In this document: positions 21,916-33,699 of the stretch, one piece after another
Layout of the letters: each line of letters begins with the position of its first letter
Numbering within the stretch: the first letter of the stretch is position 1
Source: Octopus bimaculoides
Lineage: Eukaryota
Reading direction: 5' to 3'
Assembly (NCBI RefSeq): GCF_001194135.2
Contig: NC_068990.1
Span: forward strand, 85,958,263 to 86,000,946
DNA: 42,684 nucleotides
Made by a program: the position numbers and the translations under genes
The notes under the pieces: generated by a model
Told to the model about the DNA's origin: nothing
Database searches by the model: none
Seen by the model: the letters and a program-made list of their open reading frames with translations, nothing else

Positions 21916-23289
21916 GTATATCATTGGTGCACAATGGTGTGAATACTTTCTGGTTCTTAGGTTTGTAAAATGAAGGCAACTCTTTCTAAAAGAACGTAAA
22001 TCAAGTGAACTTAGCAATTCAACAAATAGGAGCAATTCAACAAATAAGGATGTGTTAAAGTGAGTAGTGGAGGGTTGACATAATTAATTACAGATGATGA
22101 GGGTAATATCCTAGCATGACCACGGTCCAATGTCTGAAACCTGTTAAAGAATTGAAGGATATCCTATAATACCTATTTCTTGTAAGTTGGAAGTGTGTGT
22201 GTATGAAAGGTTTTGAAATTGGAGAAGGATTAGCAGTGTCTGTGATTGTTTTTTTCAGGGTTTCAGTGTGATGTAGGGAGGACAATGTATTTGGACCTGA
22301 AACCTGTCTGAAATGTTTGTAGCAGAGAAGGCTTCGGCTGAAGGTGTTTGAGAACTGGGTGACTGGTGTTTATTGTCTTAAGAGTGGACAATTGAGTGTC
22401 TGTTTGCTGAGGGGCTTTTGTAACATCCAAAGGTAAACCCATGAGGTATCGGCAGTGATGCAATACCAGTTTTTAAGTATGTGATGGACTTTGAGAGAAA
22501 AAGAAGAGTTTTGCTGCAATATCACATAAAGAAGATAAGCATTGACTACTTTTCCGCTACATATGGCACACTTAAGATCTCCTTGTTCAATGAACTCTCT
22601 TTAGAGTAGGGCATAGTTTTAATGAAGATTTGGTTGCTATTTCTAGCTGGTCGAGCAACTGCATAGTGGCTCCAGTGGCGGCAGGAATTGGTGGTGTAAG
22701 TGGAAGTATTGGTTGGTTGTTTACATTTGAGGAATAAGTCTGCTTTGTTTACATACATCTGTTTTCCTCTGGAAGTCAGAACAGCGGAATGGAGAGGTGG
22801 AATGGCAGATGGTTGGGGAAGATTCTAGAAATCTAATATTTTCTCTGCAACCAACTCAGATCCAGTTGTTACGCAACCGTACACAGGGAAAAAGTCAACA
22901 TTCTTTATTGGGTGTGTTACACAAAACAGAAACAAACACAACATGCTAGGTTTCTTACTCATTTTCTCCCCCCCCCCTCACCGTTTCCAACTTGGCTTTC
23001 CCACTCTGTTGCTCTCATTTCTCTCTAACCCCCCCCCCCTCCATACCAATTAATTCAATCCCCCCTTCCTTCCTTTTTTACATTCTCTTCCTCAACTCAT
23101 TAACCTTTGCTCTTTGCTTTCCATTTATTTCTTTTCTCTTCTTCCCCTTTTCTTTCCAGTATCTTTTTTTTTTCTCATCTCATCCCATGTCCTATCTCCA
23201 CACATCTCCCTGTCTTTTTCTATATTCCTCCATTCTTTTTTCCAGCTCTTTTCAATCTTATTTTCTTTCACTTCCCACTCCTTTTTATC

Positions 23290-24022
23290 TTCCCCTCCTC
23301 CTTCCCCTCCTCTGTCCTTATGTCCTTCCCCTCTGTCCTTTCTTATGTCCTTCCCCTCCTCTGTCCTTTCTTATGTCCTTCCCCTCTGTCCTTTAAGTCC
23401 TTCCCCTCCTCTGTCCTTTCCTATGTCCTTCTCCTCCTCTGTCCTTTCCTATGTCCTTCTCCTCCTCTGTCCTTTCCTATGTCCTTCTCCTCCTCTGTCC
23501 TTCTCCTCCTCTGTCCTTCTCCTCCTCTGTCCTTNNNNNNNNNNNNNNNNNNNNNNNNNNNNNNNNNNNNNNNNNNNNNNNNNNNNNNNNNNNNNNNNNN
23601 NNNNNNNNNNNNNNNNNNNNNNNNNNNNNNNNNNNNNNNNNNNNNNNNNNNNNNNNNNNNNNNNNNNNNNNNNNNNNNNNNNNNNNNNNNNNNNNNNNNN
23701 NNNNNNNNNNNNNNNNNNNNNNNNNNNNNNNNNNNNNNNNNNNNNNNNNNNNNNNNNNNNNNNNNNNNNNNNNNNNNNNNNNNNNNNNNNNNNNNNNNNC
23801 TCTGTCCTTTCCTATGTCCTTCTCCTCCTCTGTCCTTTCCTATGTCCTTCTCCTCCTCTGTCCTTTCCTATGTCCTTCTCCTCCTCTGTCCTTTCCTATG
23901 TCCTTCTCCTCCTCTGTCCTTTCCTATGTCCTTCCCCTCCTCTGTCCTTTCCTATGTCCTTCCCCTCCTCTGTCCTTCCCCTCCTCTGTCCTTTCCTATG
24001 TCCTTACCCTCCTCTGTCCTTT
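23290..24022. repeat. Pyrimidine-rich 28-bp minisatellite (TCTGTCCTTTCCTATGTCCTTCTCCTCC), spanning a gap
   Basis: The period of 28 is seen at 23801/23829/23857. The unit is built from two TGTCCTT sub-repeats. Confidence 0.93.
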
Positions 24023-24750
24023 TCCTTCTATCCATTTCTATGTCTCCCCATCCATTTCTATATTCCTTCTGACTTTTCCTTGTCTACCTACTTTTTTCTA
24101 GTCTCTCCTCTGTTGTTTCCCCCCATCTCCTGTTCCCTATAACTCTCCCACTTTCTTACCAATACCTCTCAACACTTCATTCTCCAGAATCACTCTTCTA
24201 CTCCCCCCCCCCGGTTCCTTCATCTTCTCTCAGCTGTTGCCTTTTATCTTTTCCTCATCTTTTTAATATATATATGTTTATGTTTGATTTATCTATGATA
24301 AAAAGATTCTCACACTTGTTTTCTCTTCCCCTTCCAAACCTTTCACTGTGTCTGTGTGTCCCTGTTCATACCCCAATTCTGTGTCATTAAATATGACCCT
24401 CAGGCCAGGAGAATAAGATTACTTTCTGTTATTTCTTTTTTTTTTTTTTTGTATTGGTATTAATGTGTGGAATGCTTTTTTTTTTTTTCTTATCTCCTCC
24501 TGCTGCTCTTGTTTCCCCCAACTGTATGAGCTCAGAGCCAAATAGAAAACCTCTCTATAAGCCTGCTAGAAAGCAGCATCCAAACCTCCAAAATCATGTT
24601 TTACAAAAAGGACATTAGATAATACTCCTGGATACACTCTGCATGCAAAAAGATTGGATGGTCTTGTCTGGAATGGCTTTAATCATATGTTTGGTCAGTC
24701 AGAGCAACCATACAACTTATGATGATCTTTCAAAGCACCATGCTTATAAA

Positions 24751-25299
24751 CAGGGCTGTGGAGTCAACAAGAACCTCTGACTCCGACTCCCCTACTATTG
24801 GCACCTCTGACTCCTCTTTATGCAATTAAGTGATTGTGGTCTACGTCAGGGGTTTTCAAACTGTGGTCCGCGGACCACAAGGGGTCCGCAAGGACAAGAC
24901 GGGGTCCGTGGACAGCAAATACTTTTTATGGGCAATTTGATTTTATATGTTTTTTAATCGAAATCTTTTAATTGACAATAAACCTATTTGTTAAATACTG
25001 TTAAATAAATAAATGTAAAATGTTATTTTAAGCAAATATTTATGTGTAAATTTCATAAGCGTTTATAAGGGGGTCCCTAAGGTAAAGCCTGAAATATAAA
25101 GGGGTCCACAAGTCAAAAAGTTTGAAAACCCCTGGTCTATGTATCTCATAAAGCATATGTATACGCTTGTACCTTGAGTAGGCCCCTAGGTTATAACTGA
25201 TTTATATTAAAGAATAAAGATATTGTGAGTTGGAATCGATATAGTTTTACTGACTCCAGCCACTCCTTAATTGTTTCCAACTCCGACTCCACAGCCCTG
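24751..25299. mobile_element. hAT MITE family A with nested insertion
   Basis: It has the same 15-bp TIRs as 3872-4138, with TSD cttataaa/cttataat (7/8). Confidence 0.88.
24847..25134. mobile_element. hAT MITE family B (Charlie/Buster-like), nested in family A
   Basis: Perfect 16-bp TIRs CAGGGGTTTTCAAACT/AGTTTGAAAACCCCTG, with TSD gtctacgt/gtctatgt (7/8). Confidence 0.9.
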
Positions 25300-25324
25300 C
25301 TTATAATGATAATTTTTCAGAGTG

Positions 25325-25612
25325 TAAGCATGGCTGTGTGGTTTTGGGTTCAGTTCTAGCTCTGGGCCAACCAATGCCCTACAGGTGAATCTGGCGAAAC
25401 AGAGACTGTGGAAGCTCATTTGTGTGTTTGTGTTTGTTCCCTTCACCGTCACTTGACAATTTGTGTTGGTGCAAAAGACTGATAGAATAAGTACAAGAAT
25501 TAAATAAGAAAAAAAAAAAGAGAGAACAGTGCTGGGGACGATTTGTTTGACTAAAGCCTTCAGAATGGTGCCCCAGCATGGCCACAGTTCAATGACTGAA
25601 ACAGAGTAAAAG
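25325..25612 (+). mobile_element. SINE family 1-related copy, degenerate
   Basis: gcatggctgtgtgg...gggttcagttc...gactgatagaataagtac...gctggggacgatttgtttgactaaa...ggtgccccagcatggccacagt...gactgaaacagagtaaaaga. Confidence 0.65.
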
Positions 25613-26954
25613 ATTTTTTTTTTAAATGTTTGAGTAAGAATATTTAGACACAGAAGTTGCTTATTCAACTTCAGCTGTGTGTGTGATGGGTAGAAAGATA
25701 CTGGGAAGTTCTTAGGAAGCTGTTGACTATTTTTAGCTCTAAATATTCCACCAGTTCTGTTTGTTTGTTTGTTTATTTTATGTTTTTTTTTTCGATGTTG
25801 TTAACTGAATAATTATTTATAGTCGGGATGACCTGGTGATATTGAGAAAGAAATTTCTGTGTGCTGTAGAAGATTGGAAACGTGCTGCCAACGTGTGTGT
25901 TTTGTCTGCTGTTTCTTGGTTTCACTGTATTCATGAGATTCTGTAGTTATAGTAATAGTAGTAGTAGTAGCAGCAGCAGCAGCAGCAGTGACAGATATTT
26001 GGTTGGTTCTATTGACACAGTTTCACCCTTTCAGTGTCACATTGCTTAAAGCAGTCAATTGAACATCTGTACAGTTAAAAATAATTGACTGGTGGCTCAT
26101 TAAGAAAACGTAAATTCAGTAATACCCACTCACCTCTTTCTTCTCTGCCTCCTCCCCTCCTCCTTTAGTCTTTATTGTGTACTCCCCAACCACTGCACTC
26201 AATTACTTAATTATTCCCCTTCCTTTTCAGACTTTTGGAATTCCTTCCTTGTTTATGTTATTCCAAGATGTCAAACAGTCTTGGAGTACTTTCAAAGGAT
26301 CATAATCACTATCTTTGCCTCCTCTGGTTTACCAAGAATACATTTCTGAACTGTATTAGTCTAATCTGTTAACCCGTGAGATTTGACTAAAGGGTGACGT
26401 GTGTGACAGTGAAAGAGTTAGTCTCCCTCATTATTACTTTTAATTAGTTTGGGTGTTAAAAGCAGTGGAGTAACTGATATGGTAGAATACCTGGCAGACT
26501 AAATTACTTTCTCAATACATTTCCATTCCTTGATTTTCGGTGCTCAAATATCACTGAAGTTGGTAAAATAATCGGCTCGTCTTTGTTTACATGTATGATC
26601 AGTGTTTCACCCATAACCATCCTGACGTTTAGTAGAATCACTACATTGCCGGTGCTTATATATATATGTGTAAAGATCCAAGGATCAAGGTGTAGGAAGT
26701 TAGTAAGCTTCAAGCAGTCCATAGAAGGTATAAAATAACTTTCAGGAACAATAATGTTTCATTGACATAAAAGGTTGTAAATTTTTCTCATATTGAAAGT
26801 CAATAAACTGAAGTTATTTTATAGTTAACGGTTAGCAGCTATGAAACAGGTGTAGTCTAGGTTTTATCTACTCCATTCCCTAAATTTGGATATATATATA
26901 CATATATATATATATGTAAAATGTGAGTGTGATTGTGTTTAATAAACATAGACA

Positions 26955-27110
26955 CAGGAGTGGCTGTATGGTAAGTAGCTTGCTTACCAACCACATGGTC
27001 CCGGGTTCAGTCCCACTTCGTGGCACCTTGGGCAAGTGTCTTCTACTATAGCCTTGGGCCGACCAAGCCTTGTGAGTGGATTTGGTAGATGGAAACTGGA
27101 AGACGCCCGT

Positions 27111-27144
<34 letters not shown>

Positions 27145-27377
27145 GTGTGTGTGTGTGTATATATGTGAGTCTGTGTTTCTATGTCTGTTTGTCCCCACAA
27201 CATCACTTGACAACCAATGCTGGTGTGTTTACGTCCCCATAACCTAGCGGTTCGTCAAAAAAGATTGATAGAATAAGTACTAGGCTTACAAAGAATAAGT
27301 CCTGGGGTCAATTTGCTTAACTAAAAAGGCGGTGCTCCAGCATGGTCGCAGTCAAAGGACTGAAACAAGTAAAAGAG
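26955..27377 (+). mobile_element. tRNA-derived SINE family 1, full length, with internal (TA)n(TG)n
   Basis: The head ggagtggctgtatggtaagtagcttgc...ccgggttcagtccc has a B-box-like motif and the tail reads ...gactgaaacaagtaaaagag. It is colinear with 38958-39298 and 40154-40533. Confidence 0.9.
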
Positions 27378-27592
27378 CATTTAGTTTTGCTGTGAAATTA
27401 GGTCCTACAGTTCAATAAAGAGTGCTATTTCTTTTCAACGGTTTGGAAGGCAGAAGCAAGCAATTATTGACAAATCAGTTTTATTCTCATTCATGTTGCC
27501 AAAGCCCCCTGGTGGTCTAATCATGGAGCTTAATTTCATGGCATCATAATCCACAAATTAAGATCAAGGTCGCACACGCACACACACAAGCA

Positions 27593-27795
27593 TTTTGTAC
27601 TTGCTTCAGTCATTAGACTGTGACCATGCTGGAGCACTGCTTTGAATTTTTATTCAAATGAATCGACTCCAGTACTCCTTTTTAAAGCCTGGTATTTGTA
27701 TTGGTCTCTTTTTACTGAACTGCTAAGTTACAGGGATGCAAACACACCAACACTGGTTGTCAAGCAGTGGTGGTAGGGGACACAAACAGAAAGAC
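27593..27795 (-). mobile_element. SINE family 1-related 3' half, reversed
   Basis: The reverse complement reads cttgacaacc.gtgttggtgtgttt.catccc.gtaacttagcagttcag...gtgctccagcatggtcacagtc..gactgaagcaagta. Confidence 0.78.
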
Positions 27796-27824
27796 ACATA
27801 GACATTATATATATATATATATAT

Positions 27825-28010
27825 ATCATCATTTAACGTCCACTTTCCATGCTAGCATGGGTTGGATGATTTGACTGGGGACTGGTGAAGCAGATGGCTA
27901 CACCAGGCTCCAATCTGATTTGGCAGAGTTTCTACAGCTGGATGCCCTTCCTAATGCCAACCACTCAGAGAGTGTAGTGGGTGCTTTTACGTGCCACCAG
28001 CACGAAGGCC
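27825..28010 (-). mobile_element. LINE 3' UTR copy inserted in (TA)n
   Basis: Reverse complement of the 6199-6390 type, about 90% identical by eye, with (TA)n on both sides. Confidence 0.9.
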
Positions 28011-28605
28011 AATATATATATAATTGTTAAAGAGGACAACAANNNNNNNNNNNNNNNNNNNNNNNNNNNNNNNNNNNNNNNNNNNNNNNNNNNNNNNNNN
28101 NNNNNNNNNNNNNNNNNNNNNNNNNNNNNNNNNNNNNNNNNNNNNNNNNNNNNNNNNNNNNNNNNNNNNNNNNNNNNNNNNNNNNNNNNNNNNNNNNNNN
28201 NNNNNNNNNNNNNNNNNNNNNNNNNNNNNNNNNNNNNNNNNNNNNNNNNNNNNNNNNNNNNNNNNNNNNNNNNNNNNNNNNNNNNNNNNNNNNNNNNNNN
28301 NNNNNNNNNNNNNNNNNNNNNNNNNNNNNNNNNNNNNNNNNNNNNNNNNNNNNNNNNNNNNNNNNNNNNNNNNNNNNNNNNNNNNNNNNNNNNNNNNNNN
28401 NNNNNNNNNNNNNNNNNNNNNNNNNNNNNNNNNNNNNNNNNAATAAAGAGATGAAGAGAGAGAATAAAAAAGAAGCATAAACGTTCACAGTTCAACTTTC
28501 CGATGTTGCAGAAATAAGTGCATAAGCCCTCGTAATCCGTTACAGCACTTACCTAACATACCTAATCGTTTAGATCACCTGTGAACTAACTCCCCATACT
28601 TTGTA

Positions 28606-28640
<35 letters not shown>

Positions 28641-29585
28641 TTGCAAATTGATGTCTGTGGAGTGTTTATAAAATGCTTCCAGCAATTTCTACTCCCATTA
28701 TGTGTATTTTTACTTCTGTGTTATGTGTGTATATTCCATCACATTTGGTATACTCTTGTTGTTCCTATAGTAAGGTGTGTATCCTTGAGCTTGTAATGTA
28801 TGTGTGGTTGTGTGTGTGTATATATATGTGTGTATATCATTGCTCTTGTAATGTGTATTCTCGCTTCCTAGTTACAGTATATGTATCCCTGCTCCTGCAT
28901 TAAGCTCTGTTCTATCTTCCCATGACAACTATGTTGTAAGCATCAACTATAAGGGTCTCAGTCTCTCTCTCTCTCTCACATTCTTCCTCCCTCAGTGTTA
29001 AGCTGCTGAACATTATGAGCATATGGCTGTTCAGTGCAAGTTATTGTCTACTGACTGATTTTTGTCACTTATCTGTGTGCTATTTGACACTTGTGTTCTG
29101 GTTGACTGATCTGCTGAAGTAAATATATAGGCAGAGAGAAAGGTGGAGGTTTGCATGATTTTCTTACCTGTGATAGACCTGTTCTATATAATTGATTTTT
29201 AGTGTTGCTTTTTTCTATTCTTGAACCTAACAAGTTCAATGTCTTTTAGATATAAAGAATAGCATATCAAGGTAATATTGTTGATTTCAATAGTCTTCTT
29301 AGCTGCCTTATGCATGTACAATGGTGTGTGTGTGTGTGTGAATAAGAGAGAGAGAAGTGCATGTGTATGTAGCCTGTTAGTCTTTCCATTGTAGAAGAGA
29401 AAAAAAAGAAAAGAAAAACTGCCATGATCAGATAAAATCAAAAGAATGTAAAAGAGGTGGTTAGGCTTTGTCTCATGGGTTCATTGTTCGCAAAATTATT
29501 GTGAATTGTTGCAAGGAAGGGTGTGATTTGTATCCACCTGTTGGCAGTTAAATTGATTTTATTTCGCTTCTTGTTTGTGAGGATG

Positions 29586-29770
29586 TAATCCCTTTCGTAT
29601 TTTGGATTATTTTGTCAAATGTATTGCTTGTTTATTCACATTGTTTTGAATTTAATCATGCATTATGTCATAGCTTTGAGATTTCAATGATGCGATTGTT
29701 TAGTTTTAGAATGACATTGTAGGGTAGGTGCGAGAGGTCAGATCTGGCCAGTTTGAACATAAAACAGGTT
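29586..29770 (+). mobile_element. Truncated copy of the piggyBac-type MITE at 38735-38947
   Basis: It shares tttattcacattgttttgaa..aatcatgcattat..catagctttgagatttc.atgatg.gattg...tttagaatga...cagatctgg. Confidence 0.75.
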
Positions 29771-30480
29771 GGGCTGCATGTCATCATCATCATCATACGT
29801 CCATTTTCCATGCTGGCATGGAATATTTTTTATTTTAATTTATTCTTTCTTTTTGTGGGGGTCTTGGAAACAAATCACTACTGCTTTTATTTATTTATAT
29901 ATATATATANNNNNNNNNNNNNNNNNNNNNNNNNNNNNNNNNNNNNNNNNNNNNNNNNNNNNNNNNNNNNNNNNNNNNNNNNNNNNNNNNNNNNNNNNNN
30001 NNNNNNNNNNNNNNNNNNNNNNNNNNNNNNNNNNNNNNNNNNNNNNNNNNNNNNNNNNNNNNNNNNNNNNNNNNNNNNNNNNNNNNNNNNNNNNNNNNNN
30101 NNNNNNNNNNNNNNNNNNNNNNNNNNNNNNNNNNNNNNNNNNNNNNNNNNNNNNNNNNNNNNNNNNNNNNNNNNNNNNNNNNNNNNNNNNNNNNNNNNNN
30201 NNNNNNNNNNNNNNNNNNNNNNNNNNNNNNNNNNNNNNNNNNNNNNNNNNNNNNNNNNNNNNNNNNNNNNNNNNNNNNNNNNNNNNNNNNNNNNNNNNNN
30301 NNNNNNNNNNNNNNNNNNNNNNNNNNNNNNNNNNNNNNNNNNNNNNNNNNNNNNNNNNNNNNNNNNNNNNNNNNNNNNNNNNNNNNNNNNNNNNNNNNNN
30401 NNNNNNNNNNNNNNNNNNNNNNNNNNNNNNNNNNNNNNNNNNNNNNNNNNNNNNNNNNNNNNNNNNNNNNNNNNNNNNNT

Positions 30481-30681
30481 TTCATGCGGGTGACACGTAA
30501 AAGCACCCACTACACTCTCTGAGTGGTTGGCGTTAGGAAGGGCATCCAGCTGTAGAAACTCTGCCAAATTAGATTGGAGCCTGGTGTTGCCATCCGGTTT
30601 CACCAGTCCTCAGTCAAATCGTCCAACCCATGTTAGCATGGAAAGCGGACGTTAAAGGATGATGATGATGATGATGATGAT
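30481..30681 (+). mobile_element. Young LINE 3' UTR copy with (GAT)n tail, next to a gap
   Basis: Four substitutions relative to 6199-6366. Confidence 0.9.
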
Positions 30682-30684
30682 GTA

Positions 30685-30767
30685 GTATAGTAGAAGACAC
30701 TTGCCCAAGGTACCACAGAACCTGGAATTATGCAGTTGGGAAACAGGCTTCTTACCCACACAGCCAC
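30685..30767 (-). mobile_element. SINE family 1 5' fragment
   Basis: tatagtagaagacacttgcccaaggtaccac...cttcttacc.cacacagccac. Confidence 0.75.
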
Positions 30768-31707
30768 CCATTGAGGATCTCTGTAGAATAAATGATAGTA
30801 AAATTATATAAATAGATTTGTAAAAGATGTTATCAAAGAAGATGCACTTGCAGTGTGATGGTGGTGGTATCTTAACCATCTCTGTCACCAACCTGCCTAA
30901 GAACCCCTCTTCCGTCTGGTTATATGTGACAAGCTTCCTATTTTAAATCTGATCTGAAGAATTCCATATTAATTTATGTTCTGAACTCCAGTTTAATAAC
31001 AATGGTTATTTTATTAAATTCTTCATTATCAAATTTGAAACGTAGGCAATGTAATTTCAACAGAAATGAAATAAGAAAAGGTTTAATATTTGTGTGATTG
31101 AAGAAATTTCTCTAAAACTGTCAGTATGCTGTGATGTCAATGTTTTTTATGTTACTCCCCCCACCACCACCACCATCACCACTACTTTGTCATCATATTC
31201 TTCCTTTCTCAAGTTCCATATTTTTTAATCATTCTTTTACATAAATTCCATTCCTGGAAAAAAAAAAGAAGCATTTTTCTTTCTTTTAGTTCTTTATTAA
31301 AAACTTGTCTTATTTCTTTAAATAGTCATGTGACTTTTGTTGTCATTGTTGCTGCTGCAACTGCCCTTTTTTTTCTGTTTTTTTATTTTTATTTTTAGCT
31401 TCCCTGTTATTCCCCCCTCTTCTTTCTGTAGTCTTATTCTCCCATTATTTCATCACCAATGACACATTCCCTAATACACACTCCCTCCTCTCACCAATAT
31501 ACACCTCTACCCATATAGAAGGAGAGAAAGAGAACTTGCTTTAATTGAATTATTTATCCCCAATTAACATTGAGAATGCTTTCAAAGTCAGCTTCTTTCT
31601 ATTGTACGAAAAAAAAAAAAAATTTATTTCCGTTTTTCATCATCGTAATTGTTATTAAATTACAAAAGTCAGTTTTTTTTATTGTTGATTTCATTGTTAT
31701 TATTATT

Positions 31708-31930
31708 AGGGAGGCAAAACTGGTTGAATCGTTAGTGTTGGGATAAATAATTTACAGTATTTCTTCCAACTATAAGCATTCCTGGTTCAAATCTCTCTGG
31801 GGTCAGCTTTGCTTTTTATCCTTTCAGGGTCAGTAAAAGTACCAGTCAAGTGTTGGAGTTGATGGTATCAACTAACCTCCCTCTTCTCCAAATTGCTGGC
31901 CTTGTATCTAAATTAGAAACCATTATTATT
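31708..31930 (+). mobile_element. SINE family 4 copy, degenerate
   Basis: gaatcgttag...ggttcaaat...ctttgctttttatcctttcagggtc...agtaccag...gctggccttgta...(att)n. Confidence 0.75.
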
Positions 31931-32035
31931 TAATTAGAGTAAAAATTAATATTATTAAATATCAATTTCGACCAGTGGTCAGCATACTTAAAAAACATCC
32001 GAGGACCGTGATTTCTATTTAGATATAAAGAATAG

Positions 32036-32176
32036 GAGAGACCACTATGTGGATCCATGTATGCTAAAAATAGACACCAAACTGTCTTCCCATGAAATTT
32101 TGCTAATTTGAGATTTCGTGGTAAGACGGTGTGACATCTATTTTTAGCATACAAGGGATCCACATAGTAGTCTCTC
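32036..32176. repeat. 141-bp foldback / MITE-like long inverted repeat
   Basis: The left arm is gagagaccactatgtggatccatgtatgctaaaaataga...gtcttcccatgaaat. The reverse complement of the right arm is gagagactactatgtggatcccttgtatgctaaaaataga...gtcttaccacgaaat. The loop is about 13 nt. Confidence 0.88.
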
Positions 32177-32184
32177 ATTGTTTA

Positions 32185-32225
<41 letters not shown>

Positions 32226-32228
32226 ATT

Positions 32229-32914
32229 AAGAGGTGAGTTAGCCAAGTTTTGCTAGTGTCAGAATAAACACTCTGCGGAATTTCTTTCAACTCTATGCAT
32301 TTTGAGTTCAAATTCCACCTCGGTAAACTTTGCCTTTTATCCCTCTGAGGTTGATGAAAATAAAAGATCAATCATGTACTGGGGTTCATGGCATTGACTA
32401 GCTCCCTCCCTTTCTTCAGAACTGCTGGCCTTGTACCTAAATCAGAAACTAATTAAGATAAGGTAACAAGCTGGCAGAATCGTTAGCACACCGGCCAAAA
32501 TGCTTAATTGTATTTTGTCCCTCTTTACATTCTGAGTTCAAATTGCGCTGAGATCAACTCTACTGTTCATCCTTTCGGGGGTTGTTAAATTAAGTACCAG
32601 TTGAGTTCTGGGGTTGATGTAATCAGCTAGCTCCCACCCCTAAAATTCCCGGCCTCGTGCATATAGTAGAATGGATTATTATTATTATTAATGATATGGC
32701 GGTGAACTGGCTGAATCGTTAGCACGCTGAGCAAAATGCTTAGTGCTATTTTGTCTGTCATTACATTCTGAGTTCAAATTCTTCTGAGGTTGACTTTGCC
32801 TTTCATCCTTTCAGGGTCGATGAAATAAGTACCGGTTGAGTATTGGGGTTGATGTAATCGATTAGCCCCCTCCCCCAAAATTTCGGGCCTTGTGCCTATA
32901 GCAGAATTATTATT
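32229..32914 (+). mobile_element. Three head-to-tail SINE family 4 copies (about 32229-32453, 32455-32690, 32692-32914)
   Basis: Each has a gaatcgttagcac-type head, gagttcaaat (B-box-like), ttgcct..catcc.t....gg.tga..aa..agtacc, ggccttgt and a short ATT tail. Confidence 0.88.
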
Positions 32915-33318
32915 AAAGATGATGGATGCTAGTATTAATAGAATACTGACTGCATAAAATGTCTGATTTTTCTGTGTTCCATTTGATGTGTACACTGCAT
33001 TTAATGGGCAACCTGTTGCATTTGCCATGTACCCTGCATTCAGTTTTGTCAGAGAATTGACAAACACTTGACCTGTTGTAAAAGTTAAGCAAATAAAAAT
33101 TGAAGCAAGTTTTCTCTCCATTTATGGTTGGTATTTGAATACATTTTGTGCTATTACTTCAATGACTGTTGCTGCTACTGCAACTTCAAGCCAACAAAAT
33201 AAAAGAAAAAAAGAAAACAAAGACATCTACAAGGGTTGTCTGTCCTGCTAGAAATAGCTGTCAAATTATCTTCAAAGTACAATCTACCGTCTTGAAAGGG
33301 ACAAAATAGATTATTTAA

Positions 33319-33534
33319 CCCTTTTGATACCAACCTGGCTGAAACTGCCTCGGGCTCTGTAGCACAAATGTCTTATAAGTTTTGAATTAAAATCTTCCAC
33401 CAAACCTTAGTCACAATTCATGTTCCTAACACTAGCTTAATGATAACAAAGTTGTTTTACTAAATTCTTTGTTATATTTAAAATTAATTGAAAGAAACAC
33501 AGAGCATCTCAAAATAAATTTGGTAACAAAAGGG
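33319..33534. mobile_element. piggyBac-type MITE (216 bp)
   Basis: TTAA TSDs at 33315-33318 and 33535-33538. TIRs CCCTTTTGATACCAA / TTGGTAACAAAAGGG match at 14/15. Confidence 0.88.
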
Positions 33535-33699
33535 TTAATCCTTGATACACCAATGTCTGAGAAATGCACTTGGGTGGTCATTGATGGAATGCCAGCTAGA
33601 ATGTGAAGACCATCCAGTGGTTGCAGCTCGGACTTGGTCCTGGAGATGTTAAGTCTGCTGGAACAAGGTTGACCTGAAGTTCTATATCTCAAAGTAACT

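Noticed and set aside
21509-22035. His/Thr-rich ORFs on the minus strand
   Set aside because: They are translations of the TG/CA minisatellite.
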